A stretch of 64,000 nt of DNA from Squalus acanthias. Lineage: Eukaryota. This document shows, in pieces, positions 24,444 through 37,600 of this stretch (within the stretch, counting starts at the first letter, position 1; the number at the start of each line of letters is the position of its first letter). A program made the position numbers and the translations under genes. The stretch lies in contig CM059431.1 of the NCBI GenBank assembly GCA_030390025.1, positions 117,802,001 through 117,866,000 on the forward strand. Direction: 5' to 3'. The notes under the pieces are model-generated. The model saw only the letters and a list, made by a program, of their open reading frames with translations. It searched no databases and was not told where the DNA came from.

Positions 24444-25239
24444 GTAAATTTTTACACCAGTCTAACAGTACTTAGAGTTCGGACCCGTATTGGAACAGAC
24501 AACTCGAGACAAAGATTTCAGGGTAACTATTCTTTACTTAAAATCAACAACGATTACAAGCAAGAAACAAACATACATACGTACTAACACCAGCGAGTGA
24601 TCAGTTTGGCGGTGACGAGTAGGTTCTCTTCTCTGTGCGACCAATCAAGTTGCCTGACTCACTGCGGCAGCCCCTAGTGTCTTTCACCTGCACTTTTTAT
24701 ACCCCAAAACTTAGCAGACCTCCCAATGAGTACATGTCCCAGACCACGTTAACAATGGCCAGTAGTTGTTTTTCTTTCTCCTCTCCTTATGTGTTAGTCG
24801 GTGGGCCTCAAGGCTGGTTAGGCCATTGTCTGAAGTAGTTCCTGTTAACAATGGCTTGAAGGTTTGTTTTACAGAACTCTGAAGGCCCACTTCCTTATCT
24901 GTGATTTTTACGTAATATGCCCAGTAACACGGCCCTCCATCTCTCAAGGTATGCCGGTCCATTAAATTTAGTTAACTTTGAGTTTAGTCACGTTACTTTA
25001 CAGCGATGATGTATTCTTACAGGCATCTTTGGATGAGGAGAACATTGAAGTGGAGGAGGAGGACTATGAAAATGGGGCACGCATCGCCAGACTAGCAGCG
25101 TACATTGCTACCAGTGATGCCAGGGATGCCCACACAGCTAGAAGATTCAGTTAATTATTCCAACTGGAACAAATAACAAATGAAAGTCAACACCAGCACC
25201 AATCCCCTGACCCTCCCTTTGCACTATTCAGTCCTTCAA

Positions 25240-28200
25240 CCAGGACCTCTGGATTTCGGATCCCCTGAGGGCCCCGCCAAAGAGTGCTCCACCTGCACCT
25301 GTGCAGAGGCAGACTTGGCCATCGGGAGACAGGGCAGCTAGTCAGGTATTGGCTGAAGGGTGGGTCAATGGGTGATAAGTGAGAGCGCTTTGAGTGGAGT
25401 TCCCACTTGCATGTCCCCTTTCACCATCATCCCTCTCCTGGGTCAGTGTCACATCACTCCTACCACTCTGCTGCAGACCAGATTAGTGACGATCTGTGAC
25501 AGGCTGTAAGGCTATGGATAAGGTCGCTGTCATGCTGTTTAAGATGGCAGACATGTTGGTATCGAAAGTCTACACGGCCATGCAAACAGCCTGAAAGGAC
25601 TCATTTGAGAGCCATGCTTGAATTTCCATGGAGGTGGCCATTCTCTCCATGGCAGACATTCTCACAATTATCTGCGCCAACAATCCACTAGTGATCAAGT
25701 TGGGCTCCTCCATCCTCTCCGCTATTGTGGCGAGTGTGCGTGGCACATCTGTCAGTACCTCGTATAGTTGCTGATACACTCTCCATTCTCGCGTTCTCCT
25801 TCTCAACAATAGGCCCCGGGGTTTTGCATCTGTGTCCAGATGAGCAGAGCTTGGAGAGGATTGCGCCAACATGGACTCTCCACAGCTGTCCCTGCCACCA
25901 GTTTCTGCTTCTGCTAACTTGTGAATTGTGAATCACCAGGTGAAAATCCACCTAACTGTCTAAGTGGACCCACCGAAGTGCGAGAATTTGTGCTGGTGCA
26001 TGGCTATGCGTCCTGTGATGGTGCACCCATCAGAAGAAATTAGGTCCTCTGAGGAATTGTCCTCATGCATGTTCAGTGACATTTGCTGTATGTGTGAAAG
26101 CCCTGGAAGACATAAGAAAGGGATATGAGTTAATCATGGCAAAGTAACAAATTTGACAATCACCATTCTCAATCTTCTCATAGTTCAGTCATTGATGAAA
26201 TAAAGTCAGCATATGTGTGTCAGAGATATTTATAATTCTGTCACCAGCCATCTGCGAGTTACCAGTCTCTGCATCTCCACTGGAGAGCAACGGAGATGTG
26301 CCACTTATCTCCATGCATCCTCCTCTGCATCTGTGAGCTGGATATTTGTGGCGGGCTACCTCCAATTCTATCCATCTCCCTTGCATTTTGCACTCTCTTC
26401 TCCTACAAGGGGTGAAAAAACAAACTTGTGAGAGAGTGAAGATCATGTATTCACCTGATGGATGCAGTGCATTCGGTGAGGGGGACTATGAGATACATGC
26501 ATCACATTGCATAATGATTGGGGTAAGTGGCAACGGGGATGGATTTTTTAAAAATTTATTAACTCACGGGATGTGGGCATCGGTGGCAAGCCCAGCATTT
26601 ATTGCCCATCCCTAATTGTCCTTGAGAAGGTGGTGGTGAGCTGCCTTCCTGAACCGCTGCAGTCCGTGTGGTGTTGGTACTCCCACAGTGCCGCTAGGGA
26701 GGAAGTTCCAGGATTTTGACCCAGTGATGATGAAGGATCGGCGATATATTTCTAAGTTAGGATGGTGTGTGACTTGGAGGGGAACTTGGAGGTGGTGGTG
26801 TTCCCATGCACCTGCTTCCCTTGCCCTTCTAGGTGTAGAGGTCACGGATTTGGGAGGTGTTGTCGAAGAAGCCTTGGCGAGTTGCTGCAGTGCATCTTGT
26901 AGATGGTACACACTGCAGCCACAGTACGCCGGTGGTGGAGGGAGTGAATGTTTAAGATGGTGGATGGGATGCTGATCAAGTGGGCTGCTTTGTCCTGGAT
27001 GGAGTCGAGCTTCTTGAGTTTTGTTGGAGCTGCACTCATCCAGGCAAGTGACAGTAATCCATCACACTCCTGACTTGTGCCTTATAGTTGGTGCAAAGGC
27101 TGTGGGGAGCCAGGAGGTGAGCCACTCCCCACAGAATGCCCAGCCTCTGTCTGCTCTTGTAGCTACAGTATTTATGTGGCTGGTCCAGTTAAGTTTCTGG
27201 TCAATGGTGACCCCCAGGATGTTGATGGTGATGGATTTGCCGATGGTAATGCCATTGAAGGTCAAGGGGAGGTGGTTAAACTCTCTCTTGTTACACATGG
27301 TCATTGCCTGGCACTTGTGTGGCACAATTGTTACTTGCCACATATCAGCATAAGCCTGGATGTTGTCCAGGTCTTTCTGCATGCGGGCACCGAATGCTTC
27401 ATTATCTGAGGAGTTGCGAATGGAACTGAACACTGTGCAATCATCAGCGAACATCCCCACTTCTCTCCTTATGATGGAGGGAAGCTCATTGATGAAGCAG
27501 CTGAAGATGGTTGGTGCTAGTACACTGTCCTGAGGAACTCCTGCAGTGATGTCCTGGGACTCAGATGATTGGCCTTCAGTAACCACAACTAGCTTCCTTT
27601 GTGCTGGGTATGAGTCCAACCAGTGGGGAATTTTCCCCCTGATTCCCATTGACTTCAGTTTTACTAGGGCTCCTTGATGCCGCACTCGGTCAAATGCTGC
27701 CTTGATGTCAAGGGCAGTCAGTCTCGATTCACCTCTGGAATTTAGCTTGTTTGTTTATGTTTGGACCCAGGCTGTAATGAGGTCTGGAGCTGAGTGGGCC
27801 TGGCGGAACCCAAACTGAGCATCAGTGAGTAGGTTATTGGTGAGTAACTACCGCTTGATAGCACTGTTGATGACTCCTTCCATTACTTTGCTGATGACTG
27901 AGAGTAGGCTGATAGGTAGGTAATTGGCCAGATTGGATTTGTCCTGCTTTTTGTGGACAGGACATACCTGGGCAATTTTCCACTTTGTCGGGTAGATGCC
28001 AGTGTTGTAGCTGTACTAGAACAGGTTAGCTAGAGGCGTGACTCATTCTGGAGCACTACAGTCGGAAAGTTGTCGGGGCCCATAGCTTTTGCCGTATCCA
28101 GTGCGCTCAGCCATTTCTTGATATCACATGGATTGAATTGAATTGGCTGAAGACTGGCATGTGTGACAGTGCAGACCTCAGGAGGAGGCAGAGACGCATC

Positions 28201-29007
28201 ATCCACTCAGCACTTCTGGCTGAAGATAGCTGTGAATGCTTCAGCCTTGTCCTTTGCACACATGTGCTTGGCTCCAGCATCGTTGAAGAGGGGAATGTTC
28301 ATGGAGCCTCCTAGTTGTTTAATTGCACACCACCATTCATGACTGGGTGTGACTGGATTGCAGAACTTTGATCTGATCTGGTGGTTGTGGGATCGCTTAG
28401 CTTTGCTTGTAGCATGCTTCTTCTGCTGTTTAGCATGGATACAGTCCTGTGTTATAACTTCACCGGGTTGGCGCCTCATTTTCAGCTACGCCTGGTGCTG
28501 CTCCTGGCATGCTCTTCTACACTCCTTATTGAACCATGGTTGGTCACCTGGCTTGATGGTATTGGTAGAGTGAGGGATATGCCGGGTCATGAGGTTAGAA
28601 AGTGCATTGAAAGTGAAGGATGGGTGCTGCTGAAACTTAAATGGATGTGAGGAGTGATGTGCTCGAGTCTGCTTGGCAAGACAGAGTGAAAGGAGGGAGT
28701 GCGGTTTACACCACAGGATGTCGGTGAATCAGCAAACGTACTCACATTCCTTGACATGGTTATGTCATTAAACCGCTTCTTGCATTGCATCCACGACTGG
28801 GGAGCAACGCTCCTGCTGCTCACCTCCTCAGCTGCCTCCAACCAAACCTTCTTGGTGACAACCGCAGGTTTCTTCCTCCCACTGCTTGGGAAAAGAATGT
28901 CCCTCCTGCTCCTCCTTACTGCAGCCAGCCGTAATTCCAGGGAAGCATCACTAAATCCGGGTGCTATGCAGCCATCCTAAACACCTCTTGGCTCCTCCAA
29001 ATTCCAT
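25240..29007 (-). pseudogene. Harbinger A Myb/SANT-like gene (3 exons, degenerate)
   Basis: APGFSDASLE..QCKKRFNDI then GTGAGT donor near 28746; exon 2 EKRVQNAREMDRIGG near 26400; exon 3 acceptor near 26103. Confidence 0.75.
26555..28586 (-). mobile_element. 5'-truncated non-LTR retrotransposon (CR1/L2 group, distinct family) in Myb intron 1
   Basis: GVPQDSVLAP, MFADDC, HSLHHRRTVAA. Confidence 0.85.
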
Positions 29008-29495
29008 TTCTGCATTGGCGCTTTACATAGTGGACTTGAGATCGCATCACGCAGGTACACATCACGCTCGCTGCCAATTTCAGAGTGGGGTCCTTAAACA
29101 GGTTAAGGCCCCTCATTAACATATACAAGGAACCTGGGGGGAGAAATTCATTATAACCCAAGAATGTTCACTAACTTTAGGAAAGTTTGAGAATTAGCAC
29201 CAGGCACTAATGATTCAGATTGCATGCAAAATTCAGTCTCATTGCACAAAGGAAGGATTGGCAGGCTAAATCAAGCGCTAATGGCCTAGCTCAGTGGCGT
29301 TAAACTTGAAGCTATGACCAATATCAGGTGCAGTCTAATCACAAGTCATTATTGCCACACGCTCTTTCCAGTTCTTAAAGGGGAGGTTCGTTGATGCTGC
29401 AGAACCTCATTCTCAGCATTGCTGGCTGTGCAGCTACCTCAGCGAGCACAAACAGGCCAAGTAGAAGGAGCCAGTCAATTCAATAAGCTGCACTG

Positions 29496-31279
29496 ATGGC
29501 ACATCCATGCCCCAGGGAAAGAGCCCGCAGATGCTGCGATGAGGCATTGGAGGCATTGGTCTTTGCTGTGGAGAGACGGAGGGCGGTGCTGTACCCAGCT
29601 AGTGGCAGGAGGCCCTCGCCGCAAGTCTTCCACACCATGTGGAGGGAGGTAGCCCAGCAGGTCTCGGGCAGCACTGTGGTCCCCAGGACCCACACACAGT
29701 GCAGGAAGAAATTTAACAATCTCACTCGGGTGGTCAGGGTTAGTCAATCATTCAACAAATGCTACATACCACCATCTGTACCACAATCTTCACACAGTGC
29801 CCAAAGCACCACACCCCCAGCACTCACCCACCTTGCACACAATGACAGCTATTCAACTATGGCAGGCACATCACCCAAACACATTGCTCCACACTCACTC
29901 ACACACTTTCCTTCCTCTTGCAGGCCAAGGTGGCTCAAAACAGGAGGGAGCAGTAGCGCACAGGCGGGGGACAAGCCAACACCCAACCACTGTCTGAGCT
30001 GGAGAATCGAGCGCTGCAGATTATTGGGCGCCAGGTGGTGGGCGCCGTGGCCACTGGCGAAGTTGACCCCCTTGGGATAACAACGTATCATCCCTACTCC
30101 TTCTTCTCCCATCCCACTTCCACCTCACTCCACAAGCATTTCGCACTTTCCAGCTAATCATGCTGTATGCATGCATTTCTCCCTTCCTGCCCCCCCCCTC
30201 ATCTTAACCCGACTCTTGTGCCTTTATGCTTTCAGATAATCAGCAAGATCTGAGGAGCCTGTCCCTGAGGGCACAGTTGAGAGCAAGGCAGGAGAAGAGG
30301 AGGAGGAAGAACACACCGCGTCACTGTATGTCTCACCCGCAGGCACCAGCTCAGATACTGGTACTAAGCATTCTTTAGAGGCAGTATAGTAGCGGGATCT
30401 GCACAGGGTGATGCACCAGGGATGAGTGGGCTGCAACAAGGCCAGGGAGAAAGGGCAGCTCGGGGGCCAGCTCCCCAGAGGGCGAGTTTGTGCATGAGTT
30501 CCGCTGCTCAGGACTCAGATGAGGACCATGATGGGGAGGCATTTAGAAGAAGGGTGATGGGCATGCACACGGAGATGATAGGTGCAACGGCAAGGGTGCC
30601 CGAGAGCTTGTCATCAATGATAAGACGCGTGGAGGAGTCCACCTCCAACATTGCACAAGGCTCTGCGCACACCATGGAGCCTATCATTTACAGTCTGCAA
30701 AGGATGGTAGACCCCCAGAGAGACCGTGGCGACCCAGACCTGATGCCGCATGTGATGGGCGATCTGGCAGCTTCCATTGCAGCACAGGCGGAAGCGACGG
30801 AATGTCTTAGTGCTGTAATGCAGTCTATGCTTGGTGGCATCCAAAATCAGACTGCTCTCATGCAGTCTCAGCTTGATGCCACGCAAGCTCTGACTGCTGC
30901 CATCGTGGCTGTGTCTACCACTGTTGACCAGGGCTTTCACGGTGTTGCAGCAGGCCAGCAATCTGTGCTCCAGCCGATTGCTAGGGATGCTGAGGTGCTG
31001 CCCCGGCGGAGTGGCAGTGGGTCAGTGGAGCAGGAAGTTGCTGTCCTCTCTGAGGATGAAAGCATTCCGACTCCCACCACTGCCATTCCGCCCTTGTCCT
31101 TGTCGCTGCCTGTCATCCAGCCAGCCCAGGCTGTGGCCGCCCATACTGAGGTGGTGAAGTCTACAGCCGGGCCTTCCAGGCCCAGAGCTGGTCGAGGGCA
31201 TCCTGCAAGGCCTTCTGAAGTCTCCCGCACGGACACTCAGCAACCTTCCACCAGCCGTGCTGCAGCCAACACTTCATAG
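29496..31279 (+). pseudogene. Harbinger B Myb/SANT-like gene; exons about 29496-29738, 29924-30084, 30236-31279
   Basis: RERARRCC..WREVAQQVS..RTHTQCRKKFNNL; exon 2 AKVAQNRREQ*RTGGG has an in-frame stop; GT-AG introns. Confidence 0.85.
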
Positions 31280-31342
31280 GAGCACTAGAGTAGGCAGGAG
31301 CACTGTAACGAGAGGCACTAAGGGATTGCACATGGGTGAATA

Positions 31343-32008
31343 GGTCACCATTGACCAGAAACTTAACTGGACCAGCCACATAAAAACTGTGGCAACAAGA
31401 GCAGGTCAGAGGCTAGGTATTCTGTGGCGAGTGTCTCACCTCCTGACTCCCCAAAGCCTTTCCACCATCTACAAGGCACAAATAAGGAGTGTGATGGAAT
31501 ACTCTCCACTTGCCTGGATGAGTGCAGCTCCAACAACACTCAAGAAGCTCGACACCATCCAGGACAAAGCAGCCCGCTTGATTGGCACCCCATCCACCAC
31601 CTTAAACATTCACTCCCTCCACAACCGGCACACTGTGACTGCAGTGTTTAACCATCTACAAGATGCACTGTAGCAACTCGCCAAAGCTTCTTCGGCAGCA
31701 CCTCCCAAACCCGCGACCTCTTCCACCTAGAAGGACAAGGGCAGCAGGCGTATGGGAACACCATCACCTCCAAGTTCCCCTCCAAGTCACACACCATCCT
31801 GACTTAGAAGTATATCGCCGATCCTTCATCGTCGCTGGGTCAAAATCCTGGAACTCCCTACCTAACAGCACTGTGAGAGCACCTTCACCACACAGACTGC
31901 AGCGGTTCAAGAAGGTGGCTCACCAACACCTTCTCAAGGGCAATTAGGGATGGGCAATAAATGCTGGCCTTGCCAGCGACGCCCACATCCCATAAACAAA
32001 TTCAAAAT
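31343..32008 (+). mobile_element. 3' fragment of the same LINE family as 26555-28586
   Basis: ATRAGQRLGIL..VMEYSPLAWMSAAPTTLKKLD; matching 3' end. Confidence 0.85.
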
Positions 32009-32170
32009 ATATTGTTGTTGTAAATACATGTTCACTGATTATTGATAAATTTATTCATTCAGTTTGGATTATTTTGTGGTGTCTCTCATTTCAGCTTTGC
32101 GCTGTGATATGGCCTGCGACAGGGATGGAATGATGGGGATGTGGTGAGCAATGGGGATCTGAGGCTTAAC

Positions 32171-33345
32171 TTATTGTAACCGCAGTCTGATGAGGCAGTC
32201 ATGGAGCGCCCTTCCAGAAGTCCGATTGAATGGCTGCCTTCACCCTCGCTCCAGTTCCTCCTCCTTCACCTCGTCTTCCACTTCCTCATCATCCTCCTCC
32301 TCTTCCTCCTTGTCTTCCTCCTGACATGGTCCCGCAATCTCTGGTGGCAAGGGCTGGGCCCTCATGATGGCCAAGTTGTGGAGCATGCAGCAGACCACAA
32401 TGAAATGTGACACCTGCTCAGCCGAGTACTGGAGGGCTCCTCCCGAGCGGTCAAGGCAGCAGGACCATTCCTTGAGCACCCTGATGGTCTGCTCGATGAT
32501 GTTCCTGGTGGCGGCATGGCTCTCATTTTATGAGTGCTGGGCAGGAGTGTTGTGGTTGCAGAGGGGAGTCATGAGCTAGGTGGAGGGCAGATAACCCTTG
32601 TTTCCGTCAGCCAGCTGTGAGCTTAGCATGGTGGCTAGAAGAGTGCTGGCACACTTGTCTGGTGCAGGATGAAGGCATCATGGCTGCTGCCAGGATAGTG
32701 GGCATTCACATTGAGGATTCGCTGTCTGTTGTCACACACCAACTGCACATTAAGTGAGTGGTAGCCTTATCGGTTATGGAAGATCTCAGGAATGTTATGC
32801 GGTGCTCGCAAAGCCACGTGGGTGCAGTCAATGGCGCCCTGCACCATGGGGTATCCTGCTATCCTGGCAAAACCACATGCACGTTCGTCGTGCTTCTCTG
32901 CTGATGGGGAAGGAAATGTAGTCCCTTCTCCTACCATTGAGAGCCTCTGCAACCTCCCAGATGCAGCGATGGATGGCGAACTGTGAGATATATCTCCTGT
33001 TGCAGACTGGAAGAATCCACTGGCGAAGAAATTGAGGGTGACGTTGACCTTGACTGCCACTGGGAGAGCCGTGGTTGCCCTGATCTGAGGCTCGAGGTCT
33101 GGTTGCAGGAGGTGGCAAGTTCTGTGACCACCTCTTTGCTGAAGCGAAGCCTTCTAATGCACTGCTCCTCGCTTAATTGGAGGTAGGAACAGTGCTCTCA
33201 GAATACCCTCGGAGGGTAAGGCCTCCTTTTGAGAGCCCTCATGGCCCTCCTCCTCCCTCTGGGCACATGTTCTAATCTTTCTCGCTGCCTGCGCTCCCTC
33301 CACCTTAGATCCTGGAGGACGAGGTCGACTGCCAGTACAGCCCCC
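32171..33345 (-). pseudogene. Harbinger DDE transposase B
   Basis: [25 protein letters not shown], acidic tail; frameshifted. Confidence 0.9.
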
Positions 33346-34582
33346 ACTAATGTAACCAAGTGTAGCACTTTGATATGTTGTGAGAATAAAAGCAACTAAT
33401 TGTTAGTAGCCACAACACTCCTGACACTAAACAACCTTTTAATAACTGAATTAAACTGTTGCTCAATTGTCAAACTGACAAGGAAGCAGTGAAACAGCAC
33501 TGACATGACAGCTGTGACTCATTACTCATGAACCCTTTAAGTAGCGCCCCTGGAGTCGGCTACTGACTGTTTCAAGCCTCCTCTCACTGTCGCTGTCGGG
33601 GTGAGGCGCTAAGGCAGGGGTCAACAATGAATATTGCAGATCAGGCGCCCAGTGAGCATTGCACGTTCACCGATGTCATGATCTGCCTGGCACTGAAGTC
33701 CCCGGCAGTAGCTTGTAGTGGCGGTGCTATGGGTGGGCCGGATATGGCGTGCATCATTGGATTCGCCTCGCCCCAGCGCTACAGCATCAGCGCCCCGTTA
33801 GTACCCCCGCCAGGCGCTAACTGGAGGCACCAATCAACTTAATTTTCCCCCCCATATGTCTGACTAAGGCGGCTGCCTGGGGCACCTGAATGTTGCCTGT
33901 GTCAACATGGCATCGGACGTATTTCAGGTGCCCTTGGGGTGCGGGACATTTCCCCTAAATTTGAACCACTTTGCCATCATTTTGTGCCTCATAATCAGGC
34001 AAAATGAGGTTGAATTTGGCTCCTCTTATCTTTCTGCTGTAGGTGCTGACTGATTTGCACATTCTTTGTAACATGAAATGCGTTGTTCATAGTTATTTTC
34101 ATTCATAATTCATGCAATTGAAAATGCAGTGAAACAATAATTAAACAATACTGATTTCAGGGTTGCTTTAATATGGTGACAAGTTCCCACAAAGATGTAA
34201 TTGCTTTTTGTGATTACACTGCACAGCAGCTGAGCTCACCCATGCCAATGACAGCAAACTGCTTTTTCAAAGTGTGAAAAACAAACTATTGTAGTAAGAC
34301 TGAAAAAAAGGCAATACCTCCTGTAATTAGTAATATGCCAGTGCTGACTGCAGATTGCAGACTGTATTTCCACTCCTTTCAGCCTCTCACAACTGTTAGA
34401 CATCTGGAGAGATATATGTTGCACATTCTGGGGAGTTAAGGGTTAAGAGTTGAACTTCTTTGTATCTTAAAGCAACAGGCTTCCCAAGATATAAACAGGA
34501 TGTCTTTGAAGTGTTGTGAGGCAAAAGCATGGCTTGTCTTCTGAGATGTAAAGTGCTTGTGTAAGGAAATAAGTGTTAGTAA

Positions 34583-34683
34583 TAAGAACATAAGAAATAA
34601 GAGCAGGAGTAGGCCATATGGCCCCTCGACCCTGCTCTGCCATTCAATAAGATCATGGCTGATCATCGACCTCAACTCCACTT
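34583..34683 (-). mobile_element. Short CR1 3' end
   Basis: taagaacataagaa tail plus CR1 3' UTR. Confidence 0.7.
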
Positions 34684-34686
34684 TAT

Positions 34687-37600
34687 AGCGGTGCTACAAA
34701 GAGCACGAGAGGAGCAGCGAGAGGAGCAGAAGCAGCAGCGCTAGACAAAGCCTTCAAACAGAAAAATCAAGGAGTGACATCACAGGGCAGCAGGGACCTG
34801 AGCGGGAGTGAGAGCGGAGGAGGAGCAAATAAACAGCATCGCAGAGGAAAGCCCGAGAGCAGAGGCAGTGGACCTGAGCGGGAGCAACTCAACAAAGGCA
34901 GAATTTGAAAGAGTGACATCGGAATTGAAAAGTGAGGTCGGCACAAGGGAAGGAGCTGATTGGTGAGTAGCTGGTAAGTGTTTCTAGTTTCCAGTTAATA
35001 GTCTATAAAGTAAAGGAATGACAGGGCAGCTCAGCCCCGTGGAATGCACATCCTGTGCCATGTGGAAAGTCCTGGATGCTTCTCGTGGCCTGGACGAACA
35101 TGTGTGCGGGACATGTCACCAGCTACAGCAGCTCGAGCTCCGGGTTTTGGAGTCACTTCAGAGCATTTGCGAGGCTGAGAACTTTGTAGATAGCACGTTT
35201 CAGGAGGTGGTTACCCCGCAGCTTAAGAGTGTACAGGCAGAGAGGGAATGGGTGACTGCCAGACAGACGAGGAGGACCAGGCAGGTAGGGTAGGAATCCC
35301 CTGAGTGCATCTTGCTCGTTAACTGGTTTTCACCTCTGAATACTGGTGGGGGCGATGGTTCCTCTGGGGAGCGCAGCCACAGCCAAGTCTACGGCACCAT
35401 GGGTGGCTCAGTTGCACAGGGGGGGTGAGGAAGAAGAGTGGAAGAGCAATAGTCATAGGGATGCCAATAGTTAGGGGAGCAGACAGGCGTTTCTGCAGCC
35501 GCAGACGTGATTCCAGGATGGTGTGTTGCCTCCTTGGTTCCAGGGTCAAGGATGTCACTAAGCGGTTGCAGGACATTCTGACGGGGATGGTGAACAGCCA
35601 GAGGTCGTTGTCCATATTGGTACCAACGACATAATTAGAAAGAGGGATGAGGTCCTGCAGGCAGATTTTAGGGAGCTAGGAAAGAGATTAAAAAGCAGGA
35701 CCTCAAAGTTAGTAATCTCCGGATTACTCCTGGTGCCACGTGCTAGTGAGTACAGAAATAGGATAGAACAGATGAATGTGTGGCTGGAGAGGTGGTGCAG
35801 GAGGGAGTGCTTTAGATTTCTGAGGCATTGGGACCGTTTCTGGAGGAGGTGGGACCTCTACAAGCCGGACAGGGTTGCACCTCAACAGGACCGGGACCAA
35901 TATCCTCACAGGGGGGATTGCTAGTGCTGTTGGGGAGGGTTTAAACTAGCTTGGCAGGGGAATGGGAATCTGAGAGTAGATTCAGAAGGGAGAGAAGCAA
36001 AGCTGGAAATGGAAGGCAGAAAATTAATAAGCGAGTTTGGAAGGCAGAGGAAACAAAGGCTAGAAAATAGACAACAAGGGAGTTTGACAGTGCTTAATGG
36101 TATATACTTCAACACAAGGAGTCTAGGGAATAAAGCAGATGAGCTGAGGGCACAGATAGACACATGGGAGTATGATATTATAGCTATTACTGAGACATGG
36201 CTGAAAGAAGGGCAGAAACGGCAGCTCAACATTCCTGGTTACAGGGTTTTCAGACGAGATAGTGAGGGGGATAAAAAAGGAGGGGGGGGTCGCAATATTG
36301 TTTAAAGAAACCATTACAGCTGTGAGGAGGGATGATATCTTAGAAGGATCATCCAACGAGGCCATATGGGTAAACTGAAAAGCAAAAAAGGGCCAATCAC
36401 ACTGCTGGGAGTGTACTATAGACCCCCAAATAGTCAGGGGGGATAGAAGAGCAAATATGTAGGCAAATTTCTGAGACGTGCAAAAATAGGGCAGTAATAG
36501 TAGGCGATTTCACCTTCCCTAATATTAACTGGGATAAAATTAGTGTGAAAGGTTTAGAGGGAGCAGAATTCTTAAAATGCATTCAGGAGAATATTTTTAG
36601 CCAGTACGTAGCAAGCCCAACAAGAGAGGGGACAGTTCTGGACCTAGTTTTAGGGAATGAAGCTGGGTAGGTGGAAAGGGTATCAGTAGGAGAGCATTTT
36701 GGTGATAGTGATCATAATTCAGTTAGATTTAGGGTAGTTATGGAAAAGGAAAAGGATAGACCAGGAATACAAGTTCTCAATTGGGGAAAAGCTAATTTTA
36801 CAAAGCTGAGATGTGATTTAGCCAAAGTGGACTGGAGACAGAAACTTGAAGGTAAATCAGTGTCAGAGCAGTGGGAGGCATTCAAGGAGGAGATAGTGAA
36901 GGTTCAGAGCAAGTCTGTTCCCTTAAAGAATAAAGGTGGGACTAACAAATCTCGAGCTCCCTGGATGTCAAGGGGCATACAGGGTAGGATAAAGAAAAAA
37001 AGGCAAGCTTATGACAGATACCAAGGCTCAATACAGCAGAAATGCTAGAGGAGTATAGAAAGTGCAGGGGTGAAATTAAAAAGGAAATTAGGAAAGCAAA
37101 GAGAGGGCATGAAAAAATATTGGCAAGTAAAATCAAGGAAAACCCAAAGATGTTTTATAAATACATTAAGAGCAAGAGGATAACTAAAGTAAGAGTAGGG
37201 CCTATAAGGGACCATAAAGGTAACCTGTGTGTGGAGGCGGAAGACATGGGTATGGTTCTTAATAAATACTTTGCGTCTGTTTTCACATAAAGAGAGGGAT
37301 GATGCAGAAATTGCTATCAGGGAGGAGGAGTGTGAAATATTAGATGAAATAAGCATAGTGAAAGAGGAAGTACTAAGGGGTTTAGCAGCTTTGAAAGTGG
37401 ATAAATCCCTAGGCCCAGATGACATGTATCCCAGACTGTTAAGATAAGTAAGAGAGGAAATAGCAGAGGCTCTGACCATCATTTTCCAATCCTCTCTGGC
37501 TACAGGTGTGGTGCCGGAGGACTGGAGGACTACTAATGTGGTACCATTGTTTAAAAAGGGAGAAAGGGACAGAACAAGTAATTATAGGCCAGTCAGCCTA

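Larger units (their letters stand above)
18570..25021 (-). mobile_element. LTR retroelement / endogenous retrovirus 1: LTR-PBS(Lys)-gag-env-LTR, no recognisable pol
   Basis: Direct repeats with TGTAAGA..TCTTACA ends; GGAA/GGCA 4-bp TSD (1 mismatch); PBS; gag-like and env-like ORFs. Confidence 0.9.
22864..25021 (-). repeat. 5' LTR of element 1, interrupted by a MITE
   Basis: TGTAAGAC at 22864; remainder at 24444-25021. Confidence 0.85.
17529..25155 (+). pseudogene. Harbinger DDE transposase A, split by the LTR element at 18570-25021
   Basis: [50 protein letters not shown]; acidic tail resumes at 25022. Confidence 0.9.
29136..33853. mobile_element. Harbinger element B
   Basis: GGGGGGAGAAATT / AATTTTCCCCCCC termini; Myb (+) and transposase (-) convergent. 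Confidence 0.85.
17033..34023. mobile_element. Harbinger element A with nested insertions (ends approximate)
   Basis: Convergent transposase (+) and Myb/SANT gene (-); termini degenerate. Confidence 0.55.
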
